A stretch of DNA of 64,000 nucleotides from contig CM059432.1 of assembly GCA_030390025.1 (NCBI GenBank), positions 51,152,001-51,216,000 on the forward strand, given 5' to 3'. How positions within the stretch are numbered: the first letter of the stretch is position 1; each line of letters starts with the position of its first letter. Of this stretch, positions 1 to 11,334 are shown piece after piece. The notes under the pieces were generated by a model. It searched no databases and was not told where the DNA came from. It saw only the letters and a program-made list of their open reading frames with translations. The translations under genes and the position numbers were made by a program. This stretch comes from Squalus acanthias. Lineage: Eukaryota.

Positions 1-202
1 ACCAAAAATGAACAAATGCCTGAGAATGGGCAGGCACTGGTAAACACTGCATTGTTGCAGGGCCACCTTGTACGCTGTACCCAGATGATCATGGCCCAAT
101 CATCCAGGGGGCTAGCAGCACATCACCTCCTCCTGCCACAACAGTTGCTTCTCCAATTGGAAAACACATTTTTACAGTTTAGAGATGCAAATTAGAGCTA
201 GT

Positions 203-2575
203 ACATAAGAACATAAGAACATAAGAAATAGGAGCAGGAGTAAGCCAAACGGCCCCTCGAGCCTGCTCCGCCATTCAATAAGATCATGGCTGATCTGATC
301 CTAACCGCCAATCTACTATCTATCACAGAACCATCTCCTGCATCTAACAGAATTGCACACACGAAATAGGAGCAGAATCAGGCTACACAGTCCCTGGGCC
401 CGCTCCACTACCCACAGGGCCATGACCGATCCGAACCTAGACTCATGTCCAAATTCCTGCCCGCTCCCCGTAACCCTTAATGCCCTTTACTTCTAGGAAA
501 CTGTCTATTTCTGTTTTAAATTTAATTAATGTTGTAGCTTCTACAGCTTTTTGTGGCAGCATATTCCATGGACCTACCACCCTCTGAGTGAAGTAGTTCC
601 TCCTCATCTCAGTTTTGAAAGAGCAGCCCCTTATTCTAAGACTATGTCCCCTAGTTCTCGTCTCACCCGTCATCGGGAACATCCTCCCCGCATCCACCCG
701 ATCCAACCCCTTCACAATCTTATATGTTTCAATAAGATCGCCTCTCATTCTTCTGAACTCCAATGAGTAGAGTCCCAATCTACCCAACCTCTCCTCATAT
801 GACCACCCCCTCATCCCCGGGATTAACCGAGTGAACCTTTTTTGCACTGCCTCGAGAGCAAGGATGTCTTTCCTTAAGTAAGGACACCAAAACTGTATGC
901 AGTATTCCAGGTGCGGTCTCACCAATACCTTGTACAACTGAAGCAATACCTCCCTATTTTTATATTCTATCCCCCTAGCAATGAAAGCCAACATTCCATT
1001 TGCCTTCTTAATCACTTGCTGCACCTGCATACTAACCTTTTGAGTTTCGTGCACCAGGACCCCCAGATCCCTTTGCACTTCAGTACTCTCCAGTTTCTTG
1101 CCATTAAGATAATAAATTGCTCTAGGATTTTTCCTGCCAAAGTGCATCACCTCACACTTTCCAGTGTTGTATTCCATCTGCCAAATCTCTGCCCACTTAC
1201 TTAGCCTGTCTATGTCCCCTTGCAGGTTTTTTATGTCCTCCTCACTCACTACTTTCCCTCCCATCTTAGTATCATCTGCAAATTTTGATATGTTACACTT
1301 GGTCCCTTCCTCCAAATCGTTAATATAGATTGTGAAGAGTTGGGGACCCAGCACTGACCCCTGTGGAACACCACTAGTTACTGATTGCCAGTCTGAGAAT
1401 GAACCATTTATCCCAACTCTTTGCTTTCTGTTAGATAGCCAATCCTCTATCCATGCCAGAATATTACCCCCAATCCCGTGATTTTTTACCTTAAGCAATA
1501 ATCTTTTGTGTGGCACCTTGTCAAATGCCTTTTGGAAGTCTAAATACACTACGTCCACTGGTTCCCCTTTATCCACTCTATATGTTACTTCCTCAAAGAA
1601 CTCCAGCAAATTTGTCAAACATGACTTCCCCTTCGTAAAACCATGCTGACTTTGTCCTATTAAATTATGATTATCCAAATGTCCTGTTACTGTTTCCTTA
1701 ATAATGGACTCCAAAATTTTACCTACCACAGATGTTAGGCTAACCGGTCTATAGTTACCAGCCTTCTGTCTACTGCCCTTTTTAAATAAGGGTGTTACAT
1801 TAGCAGTTTTCCAGTCTGCCGGGACCTTAGCGGAATCCAGGGAGTTTTGAAAAATTATTACCAATGCATCTACAATCCCTACCGCCACTTCCTTCAAGAC
1901 TCTAGGATGTAAGCCATCAGGTCCAGGTGATTTATCCGCCTTGAGTCCCATTATTTTACCGAGTACCACTTCCTTAGTGATTTTGATCGTGTTTAGCTCC
2001 TCTCCCCCTATAGCCCCCTGTTTGTCCAGTGTTGGGATATTCTTAGTGTCCTCTACTGTAAAGACTGATACAAAATATTCATTCAGTGTTTTTGCCATCT
2101 CCATATTTCCCACCATTAATTTCCCGGTCTCATCCTCTAAGGGACCAACATTTACTTTAGCCACCCTTTTTCTTTTTATATAACTATAAAAACTCTTACT
2201 ATCTGTTTTTATATTTTTTGCTAATTTACTTTCATAATCTATCTTCCCTTTCTTAATCAATCTTTTTGTTATTTTTTGCTGCCTTTTAAAGTTTTCCCAA
2301 TCCTCTGTCCTCCCACTAGATTTCGCTACCTTATATGCCCTTGTTTTTAGTCGAATACTATCCTTAATTTCTTTACTTAGCCACGGATGACTGTCCTTTC
2401 TTTTACACCCTTTTCTTTTCAGTGGAATATATTTTTTTTGGAAGTTGTAAAATAACTCCTTGAATGTACACCACTGATCATGTGTCGTCTTACCCTTTAA
2501 TCTATTTTCCCAATTCACTCTACTCAATTCCGCTCGCATACCTTCATAGTCTCCTTTATTCAAGCTTAGCACACT
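203..2575 (-). mobile_element. 5'-truncated CR1 LINE with uninterrupted ORF2 reverse transcriptase region
   Basis: ORF 443..2635(-) has KSPGPDGL, NYRPVSLTS, QHGF, YLDFQKAFDKVPH, GVPQGSVLGP and FADD motifs. CR1 homology starts near 2572. The 3' tail is a (TTCTTATG)n microsatellite at ~203-225. Confidence 0.95.
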
Positions 2576-3885
2576 GTTAGAAAGGGAAAACACAGGTATG
2601 GGAAATAGATAAAGGGCAGTGCTGGATCTGTACATATTGCCTGAGGTGTCTTTACATCTGAAGAAGTTGCCTCATCATGAAATGGTCCTCTTAATTAAGA
2701 TGATGCATTAAAATAGGCATTGACAGTAGCAGGCTTATTCTCCCACTTTTCCAGGAGACAATTGGATAACAGCAAGCAGTAGCCTTTTAATCCCCAATTC
2801 AAGTCGTGCAAAGAGCCAACATTGTATAGCTCAAAAAAGTGTGAAAAGGACTTGATGTAAACCTTAAGAAATGCTTGCAACTTAGAAATGGTTATGCAGT
2901 AATGTAACTAAAAGTTATGCACAACTACCCCAAAAATCCACATGGGAGCACATTTGGGTGTAAGGGCATCATCTCTGCCACTGACCCTTTATAGACCTGT
3001 CTGGGTCAGAGGCACCCTGACAATAGTGGGGGTCGGGAGGTTTGGCTGAAGAATGCCTTGATGGGGAGAAGGGGAAGTGCCAGGGCTCCCTCCAAAACAA
3101 CTTTATGATGTCCCCTTTGTTAGGGGCCCACATTGAAAATATTTATAAAAATTAATGAATCCTTTCCTCAGATATTCAGGCCATGATCCCAGCCTGGATT
3201 CCCAGTTGATCCTCATATGCATCATTTGGCACATAGGTAAGTCTGGTCTTACCAGACATATCTCAGTTGATGCCACACTAGGTCTCTCTGAGGCTGGAAA
3301 AATGGAAAATCCCACAATGTCCTTATGCTGATAGACTTGTTTCAGGTGTGTGGAAATTCTAACCCCACAAGGCTGTCCTGAAAACTGCAACACAAGGCTG
3401 GGACCTGGCATATCTGTATCTCAGCCAAGATTTCAGCCCTACAGGCAAATTCCTGCCAAAGTTATGGCAGAAATACGCCGGAAGGGCTGCGGATGTTTGG
3501 GCCCATCAGCTTTAAGAAGGCTTATTATAGATGTAGGTAAAGTATATCAGTATGCAATAGTTATAGTCACGAATTGTATAATGAGGGCTATAATTGGTGT
3601 AATGAATTTGACTTACCAATCTTCTGGCAGCCAGTGGGAAATTCTACTAATTGTTTCAATTGACCCAGTGAAGCATTTCATTCATCCTTAGTGAGAGAGA
3701 CAATGGGTTCATATCTGAAAGTACTACTCAAACGTGTTATAGGCCAGTGGCTTGGCAGCAGTGTGTTCAGTACCAACTTGTATTGTACCAGATAAAATGT
3801 GTGGATTGTTGACTACACCAGTGAATCTTTCATGAATATGATGAAACAGCAGTCCTTCACTCTGTGTATGCGTGAGACCAATGAG

Positions 3886-3949
3886 ATGGGGATCGTTTAC
3901 CTGTGCAGATTGCTACAGTTGTTCATTTTCCGACATGAAAAGAGATACA
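3886..3949 (+). CDS. Candidate first coding exon (MGIVYLCRLLQLFIFRHEKRY) for the AKAIN1/AKAP7-like gene
   Basis: ATG GGG at 3886; phase-1 donor A|GTAAAA at 3949/3950 is compatible with the phase-1 acceptor at 10601. Loosely recalls the AKAP7-alpha MG..C N-terminus. The donor is weak. Confidence 0.3.
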
Positions 3950-4164
3950 GTAAAAAAAAATATTTAATTAATATGATACAGAAAGTAAAATCGCCTCCAT
4001 TAATGTCAGTTAAAATTCTCTCCATAATGAAATTGTTCAATAAGTTATTTAAAGGAATGTCACTGCCTTTAAAGCTCAGCTGGCAAAGCATTTTATGTAA
4101 AAATACAATTCAGTAATATAATTCACATTGAAAAGAACTCTTCCACACTTCAATTGACGTTTGT

Positions 4165-4345
4165 GCGGATCTAAACCATACAGACTAGGAAGGTCCAGGT
4201 TCAGCGCTGAGCTGTGCTAATTTAGCTAAGTCAAAATAACCCCCGAAGAGTGACCATTTGATTAAAGTAGTGGAATACGGCTAGTGCCCTTGTAACCGTA
4301 TCCAAACAGGAGCCGGTGCTTTGAGGAGAAAAGTGGAGAAAATAG
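4165..4345 (+). mobile_element. Degraded LF-SINE-like relic
   Basis: ccatacagactaggaaggtccaggttca...ctgtgctaatttagcta resembles the LF-SINE head and the copy at ~21060. Confidence 0.45.
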
Positions 4346-4837
4346 GTGGAATAAGCATAAGAAAGCATACAAAAACACACATCATTCTTTCACTCATCTC
4401 ACTCAGCTTGTACATTTAATGTTGGCTATGATAAGTAAGCAGGTAAATACTAATCCTGACATTTACTGTGGCTCACTCCTGTCCTTCCCACACTCTGTGT
4501 GAGTAATTAGACCTCTAATGGCAAGGAGCGTACCAGTGTGAATATTTACACTTCATTGCTAATTGGCAGGGTGATTTTAAATGTCACTCAGTAACCGAGT
4601 AGCAAGATTTCTTTAGTACAGTTTAAAAGATGTTGCTATTATAATAATTAAGACAATGCAGAAGTTGGGGCTATTGAAGCTGAGCCTGGATATAACGGTT
4701 TCAGCAGCTGCTTCCGCAGCATGTTGGCAGGAGGAAGCTGATAATGTAATGAAGCAGTAATGCTCTTATGTCCATCAAAAGCAAAAAAAAAACATACTTT
4801 TCAATTCATTCTCGGGTTATGGGTGTCACTAGTAAAG

Positions 4838-7222
4838 ACATAGAAGCATAGAAGATAGGAGCAGGAGTAGGCCATTCGGCCCCTCGAGCCTGCTCCGCCA
4901 TTTAATGGGATCATGGCTGATCATCCAAATTCAGTACCCTGTCCCTGCTTTCTCCCCATATCCTTTGATCCCTTTAGCCTTAAGAAATATATCTATCTCC
5001 TTCTTGAATATATTTAATGAATTGGCCTCAACTGCCTTCTGTGGTAGAGAATTCCACAGTTTCACCACTCTCTGGGTGAAGAAATTCCTCCTCATCTCAG
5101 TCCTAAATGGCTTACCCCTTATCCTTAGACTGTGACCTCTGGTTCTGGACTCCCCCGCCATCAGGAACATCCTTCCTGCATCTAGTCTGTCTAGTCCTGC
5201 TAGAATTTTATAAGTTTCAATGAGATCCCCTCTCAGTCTTCTAACTCTAGCGAATATAAGCCTAAACGACCCAATCTCTCTTCATACGTCATTCCTGCCA
5301 TCCCAGGTATCAGTCTGGTAAATCTTCGCTGCACTCCCTCCATGGCAAGAACATCCTTCCTCAGATAAGGCGACCAAAACTGCACACAATACTCAAGGTG
5401 TGGTCTCACCAAGGCCTTGTACAACTGCAGCAAGACATCCTTGCTCCAGTACTCGAATCCTCTCGCTATGAAGGCCAACATAGCCATTTGCCTTCTTAAC
5501 CACCTGCTGCACCTGCATGCTTACCTTCAGCGACTGGTGCACAAGGACTCCCAGATCTCGTTGCACTTCCCCCTTTTCCAATCTATTGCCATTCAGATAA
5601 TAATCTGTCTTCCTGTTTTTGCCACCAAAGTGGATAATCTCGCATTTATCCACATTATACTGCATCTGCCATGCATCTGCCCAATCACCCAACCTGTCCA
5701 AATCATACTGGAGTTTCTCTGCATCCTCCTCACAGCACACACGCCCACCATGCTTTGTGTCGTCTGCAAACTTAGAGATATTACATCTAGTTCCCTCGTC
5801 TAGATCATTAATATATATGGTGAATAGCTGGGGTCCTAGCACCGATCCCTGCGGTACCCCACTAGTCACTGCCTGCCACTCGGAAAAAGACCCGTTTATT
5901 CCAACTCTTTGCTTCCTGTCTGCCAACCAGTTCTCTATCCAAATCAATACCTTACCCCCAATCCCATGTGCTTTAACTTTGCATGCTAATCTCTTATGCG
6001 GGACCTTATCGAAAGCCTTCTGAAAGTCCAAATACACCACATCCACTGGTTCTCCCTTATCGATTCCACCAGTTACATCCTCAAAAAATTCCAGTAGATT
6101 AGTCAGGCATGATTTACCTTTTGTAAATCCATGTTGACTTTGTCCGATCCTGTCACTGTTTTCCAAGTGCTCTGCTATTACATCTTTTATAATGGACTCC
6201 AGCATTTTCTCCACTATCGATGTCAGGCTTACCGGTCTATAATTCCCCGTTTTTTCTTGACCACCTTTTTTAAATAGTGGGGTTACATTAGCTACCCTCC
6301 AATCCATGGGAACTGTTCCAGAGTCTATAGAATTTTGAAAGATGACCAGCAATGCATCTACTATTTCGAGGGCCACTTCCTTAAGTACCCTAGGATGTAG
6401 ATTATCAGGCCCTGGGGATTTATCGGCCTTTAATCCCATCAATTTCCCTAACACCATTTCCCTACAAATACTGATTTCATTCAATTCCTCCCTCTCTTTA
6501 GACCCGCTGCTCCCCGACATCTCTGGGAGGTTATTTGTGTCCTCCTTTGTGAAGACAGAACCAAAGTATGTATTTAATTGGTCTGCCATTTCTTTGTTCC
6601 CCATTATAAATTCCCCTGATTCTGACTGCAAGGGACCTATGCTTGACTTCACCAATCTTTTTCTCTTCACATATCTATAGAAGCTTTTACAGTCAGTATT
6701 TATATTCCATGCAAGCTTACTCTCATATTCTATTTCCCCCCTCTTAATTAATCCCTTTGTCTTCCTTTGCTGAATCCTAAACTGCTCCCAATCCTCAGGT
6801 TTGCTGTTTTTTCTGGCCAATTTATATGTGCTCTCCTTGGATCTTATGCTATCCCTAATTTCCCTTGTTACCCACGGTTGAGTCACCTTTTTTGTTTTAT
6901 TTTTATGCCAAACAGGGATGAACAAATTCTGTAGTTCATCCATGCAATCTTTAAATGTTTGCCATTGCCTATCCACCCTCAACTCTTTAAGTAATGCTCC
7001 CCAATCCATCCTAGCCAACTCGCGCCTCATACCATCATAGTTTCCTTTATTTAAATTCAAGACCCTAGTCTCTGAGTCAACTACTTCACTCTCCATCTTA
7101 ATGAAGAATTCTATCATATTATGATCGCTCCTCCCCAAGGGACCTCGCACAACAAGATTGCTAATTAATCCTTTCTCATTACATAATACCCAGTCTAAGA
7201 TAGCCTGATCTCTAGTTGGTTC
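4838..7222 (-). mobile_element. 5'-truncated CR1 LINE (family A), frameshifted near the C-terminus
   Basis: ORFs 5393..7243, 5233..5487 and 4931..5170 give the end of the endonuclease (SDH), the RT and the C-terminus. Nearly identical to 54357-56184. Confidence 0.95.
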
Positions 7223-7394
7223 CTCGATGTCATCGGCGTACATGTGGAACTTGACATTGTGTTTTCAGATGATGTTGCCGAGGGGTATCATTGACTGTAC
7301 AACAAGAAGCTGTGCTTAGATCTGAAATTGATGAAAACTATCAAGTGCAAATATAAAGTAGCACCAGTAGCAGAATACAGTTTATATTTCATGG

Positions 7395-7552
7395 TGTCAG
7401 CATTGGCTCAGTGGTAACACTTTCACCTCTGAGTCGAAGTTTGTGGCTTCAAGCCCAACTCCAGAGGCTTAAGCACACAATCTTTACTGGTATGTCAGTG
7501 TAGTGGTGAGGGAGTGCTGCACTGTCGGAGGTGTTGTCTTTCAGATGAGCTA
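7395..7552 (+). mobile_element. 5' part of a tRNA-derived DeuSINE (SacSINE1-like)
   Basis: gtcagcattggctcagtggt...ctctgagtc...gagggagtgctgcactgtcggaggtg...tttcagatgag matches the head of the copy at 16364. Confidence 0.75.
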
Positions 7553-7554
7553 TT

Positions 7555-8645
7555 GGTCTAGAAATTTGATTGCACTGATATCAGGTGCGCAGGAGGCCGC
7601 ATTAAATTGGTGCTGGCAGCTCATTATTACAGGCATATCCACAGATCTGTTTGGGGACTGGGAAATTAGGCTTCATTGATACCACTTAAAGGCAGCCAAC
7701 ACCTCTTAAAGGGGAAGTGCAATCAGACTTCAGAGAGCAGGAAAACTTTGCAAATGGAGAAATGGCAGCAAGAGGTTCAGAGAGGCCTCCCAGGTTCTCT
7801 GATGCAGTATTGGAGGCCTTGATCCAGGGGATGGACAGGAGGAGGGAGATCCTGTTTGTCCCAGGGGACAGAAAGCCCTCCGGGCAAGACCTCCATCACC
7901 AGTGGGAAGAGATTGCTGAGGAAGTTAATGCCAGGAGCGTAGCTCCCAGGACATGGCTATTATGCCATAAAAAGTTCAATGACCTCACCAGAGTCGTCAA
8001 GGTAAAAATCTTACCTCTCACCTCAACTACTCTCTCACCATACCTGCAGCATCACTACTCACAATGCTCCCCTCCCTCACTTCCCTTTACTCTCCTACAA
8101 TCACTGCACCAACACTCCGCCTCCCTGCTCTTCCTACACTCAACATTATTGAAACCCTCACTTCCCCACACCTCCACATTCTGCAAAACATACAAAATAA
8201 TAGGCACATTCTCTAAACAGCTTGTCAGTAACAAGGCTGTCACTAACACACCCCTTTGTTGCATGACAAGGTCGCACACAACTTGCCACAGGAGGCTGTG
8301 ATTGGAGGAGACCGAGCCCACCTGCACAACCTCTTCCTTGTGGAGGAAAACGTGCTGGCCATCACAGGCAGGGGAATAGTCATGGTGAGTGGCAACTCTG
8401 GAGGAGACGTCGTGCAAGGTTTCTTCACACCGTATCCTATTTTTCCCTTCTATCTCTTATATCACACTTTGCATGACAAGCCGCAGCAACTTTTACCAGC
8501 TACTTCTCTCTCTGCTCTCACTTAACACTAAAAGTTAACCCTTGTCCCCCTCTTTCAGTTCAGCTGCTGAAAATGTGGATGCCCCTCTGCCACTTCAGGA
8601 AGAGGAGACCAGCTTTCCTGAAGAGGCAGTGTCACTCAATCTGTC
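7555..8645 (+). mobile_element. Harbinger remnant: left end and Myb/SANT gene exons 1-2 and start of exon 3
   Basis: MAARGSERPPRFSDAVLEALIQG...WEEIAEEV...RTWLLCHKKFNDLTRVVK followed by a GT donor at 8002; same exon layout as the other copies. Confidence 0.8.
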
Positions 8646-8680
8646 CCTGGCAAGCACAATGCATCGGGGTGGGGGTGGTG

Positions 8681-8870
8681 GGGGGAGATTGTGAATGGAA
8701 AGTCGACGGGGAGATTGTGGATGGAAGGTTGGGAGAGATTGTGGGTGGAAAGTCGACGGGGAGATTGTGGATGGAAGGTTGGGAGACATCATGGATGGAA
8801 AGTTGGCGGGGAGACTGTGGAGGTCGGGGGGAGGAGATTGTGGATGTCTGGGGGGAGATTGGATCGGCGG
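8681..8870. repeat. G-rich minisatellite (~25-nt unit GGGAGATTGTGGATGGAA...)
   Basis: About 7-8 degenerate units, with a ~50-nt higher-order period at 8709/8759. Confidence 0.85.
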
Positions 8871-9071
8871 GGGGGAGGTAGTACGAGCATGAGGAGGGAA
8901 GCAGGTTTGCTTGAGGGACCTGGGAGAAGCACACCTGCTCCTCCTGGCCCACAAGCAGTGCTGGAAAGGTACTTACCAATCTCGCCTCCCTTCAGCTGCT
9001 GGGTTTCCGGAGCCCAGAGAAACCCATGCTGGAGGCATTAAATCCGAAGGAAAGTTAAATTCATGTCAAAA

Positions 9072-10038
9072 GGCCCTGACTCAGGGCAGTGTCCTAGATC
9101 CAACCATCTTCAGCTGCTTCATCAAATACCTTCCCTCCATCATAAAGTCAGAAGTAGGGAAGTTCGCTGATGATTGCACAGTATTCAGTTCCATTTGCAA
9201 CTCCTCAGATAATGGAGCAGTCCATGCCCACATTCAGCAAGACCTGGACCACATCCAGGCTTAGGCTGATAAATGGCAAGTAACATTCGTGCCACACAAG
9301 TGCCAGACAATGACAATCTCCAACATAAGAGAGTCTAGCCACTTCCCCTTGACATTCAATGGCATTACCATCGCTAAATCCACCACCATCAACATCCTGG
9401 GGTCACCATTGACCAGAAACTTAACTGGACCAGCCACATAAATACTGTGGCTACAAGAGCAGGTCAGAGACTGGGTATTTTGCGGTGACTGTCTCACCTC
9501 CTGACTCCCCAAAGCCTTTCCACCATCTACAAGGCACAAGTCAGGAGTGTGATGGAATAGTCTCCACTTGCCTGGATCAGTGCAGCTGCAACAACACTCA
9601 AGAAGCTCGACACCATCTAGGACAAAGCAGCCCGCTTGATCGGCACCCCATCCACCACCTTACACATTCACTCCCTCCACCACCAGCGCAACATGGCTGC
9701 AGTGTGTACCATCTACAAGATGCACTGCAGCAACTCACCAAGGCTTCTTCGACAGCATCTCCCAAACTCTACCACCTAGAAGGATAAGGATAGCAGGCAC
9801 ATGGGAACAGCACCATTTCCAATTTCCCCTTCAAGGCACACACCATCCTGACTTGGAAAAATATCGCCGTTCCTTCATCGTCGCTGGGTCAAAGTCCTAG
9901 AACTCGCTACCTAACAGCACTGTGGGAGTACCTTCACCACATGGACTGCAGCGGTTCAAGAAGGCAGCTCACCACCACCTTCTCAAGGGCAATTAGGAAT
10001 GGGCAATAAATGCTGGCCTTGCCAGCGATGCTCACATT
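9072..10038 (+). mobile_element. 3' fragment of CR1-group LINE family B
   Basis: QGSVL...FADDCT; tail gggcaataaatgctggccttgccagcg followed by an A-rich end. Confidence 0.9.
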
Positions 10039-10039
10039 C

Positions 10040-10276
10040 CGTGAATGAATTAAAAAAAATGGTATCAAATTATCAGCTTAAATGCTGTCTAAATTGCCTG
10101 CATTAATGATGGTGCCGACTCTGGCGAGCAGGTTACTCGCACGCAATCAAACGTGCCTCGGTTAAACCCGGAAGTCACCGTGTTGCAGCCGGGTTGCGGT
10201 CACGCTTCATTTTTCCCTGAATTTAACTACGCATCCGACCCCAATCCACCCGTTCTTGCCTGTTAAATATTCCCCG
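10040..10276. mobile_element. Harbinger-type terminal segment
   Basis: Homologous to 47340-47562 and to the reverse complement of the 32171 terminus; probably continuous with ~8890-9070 and split by the LINE. Confidence 0.55.
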
Positions 10277-10311
10277 TAGAGTCAGTAGGAGATGGGATCA
10301 GGAGACTTCAC

Positions 10312-10330
10312 AGTTCCACCTAGTGGCGGC
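10312..10330 (-). promoter_or_regulatory. Possible CTCF site
   Basis: Minus strand reads GCCACTAGGTGGAAC, close to CCACYAGRKGGCRC; motif match only. Confidence 0.25.
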
Positions 10331-10600
10331 AGGCCTACATCTGTAGCATGACAGGCAAATAGGGTTTTGCCATTATAAGATGTTGACATAATCTGTTTTC
10401 TATTGTGACATGTTAACATATGATTTTTCCATTATAAATGTTGACTTAAAAACCCTAACATGAAAATTGTGGCAACAGAAAGAAAGAATAAAGGTGGACA
10501 GGAAATGTGTACCATATAGAAAACTTTCAATATATTATAGATAGATATAGATATATGTAGATGGCTGATTAATTCACTGATGGCTGCAATCTCCTGGCAG

Positions 10601-10794
10601 GTGACAAGCCTGAGAATGAACCACAGGAAGAAGAGCTGCAGATTACCAGTAAGCAGATTGTGGAAAAGGCTGTTCTCCAGGCTGTGCAGCAGTATTCCCA
10701 AGAGAGAAAGCAAAAAGAGAAGAAGGCAAAAGCAAAAAAGGGTTCACTTCTGCAGGTATCAGACTGTTCTGTGCAATGGGAAAAGAAGAAATGA
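10601..10794 (+). CDS. AKAIN1: Terminal coding exon of A-kinase anchor inhibitor 1-like protein (AKAP7-type RII-binding helix)
   Basis: Acceptor ctcctggcag|; not in the ORF track. Frame reads (x)DKPENEPQEEELQITSKQIVEKAVLQAVQQYSQERKQKEKKAKAKKGSLLQVSDCSVQWEKKK*, matching my recollection of human AKAIN1 ([35 protein letters not shown]...HEKK) better than AKAP7. AT-rich UTR-like sequence follows. Confidence 0.8.
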
Positions 10795-11334
10795 AAGACA
10801 GTAACCACTCGAGTCATATCTTGCAGTTAGCACTGTGTTTATGTATCAAGATGTACATAATATACAGCAGATTAGCTGTATTCTTCCAGATAACAGAAAG
10901 ACAGCCATTTTCGATATTGGACTGCATTCTTTAATTCGTACCATTGTTCCTGGTATGAATTATTTGTTTTTTGAAATGATAAAGGAAAAGCAATAATACT
11001 AAATTTTCTTATTTACAGAATGTTGTTGCAGGCGTAATAGCTTTACATGTAAATCTCAGCAATATGTACAATTAAGGAATCTTTTTGAATTGTGTTTTTC
11101 AGACATGTAATTGTGTTGTACAAATAGTGTATTCTTTCAATTCATTAAGTAAATTTTAAAGTAAAATTATTAACTTGTTATAAATTAAGTTCTCATACTG
11201 AGACCAATGTGAAGCATCCTCCAGTACAGGATTGTTTATTGTCCTCTCTTTTACTGTCATTTTTCTTTCTGTAAAGTTCTAACTCTTTCTCATATATCTT
11301 CTTTCATATTATATACAATAGTAGATGTCTGTGG

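Noticed and set aside
2576..2635. N-terminal MYRSSTALYLFP of the 730-aa ORF as a true start
   Set aside because: Flanking sequence fortuitously in frame with a 5'-truncated CR1.
8681..8870. CRISPR-like array
   Set aside because: No unique spacers; ordinary minisatellite in eukaryotic DNA.
10580..10804. Track ORF MAAISWQVTSLRMN...
   Set aside because: Wrong frame; the AKAP-type exon is in another frame beginning at the acceptor at 10601.
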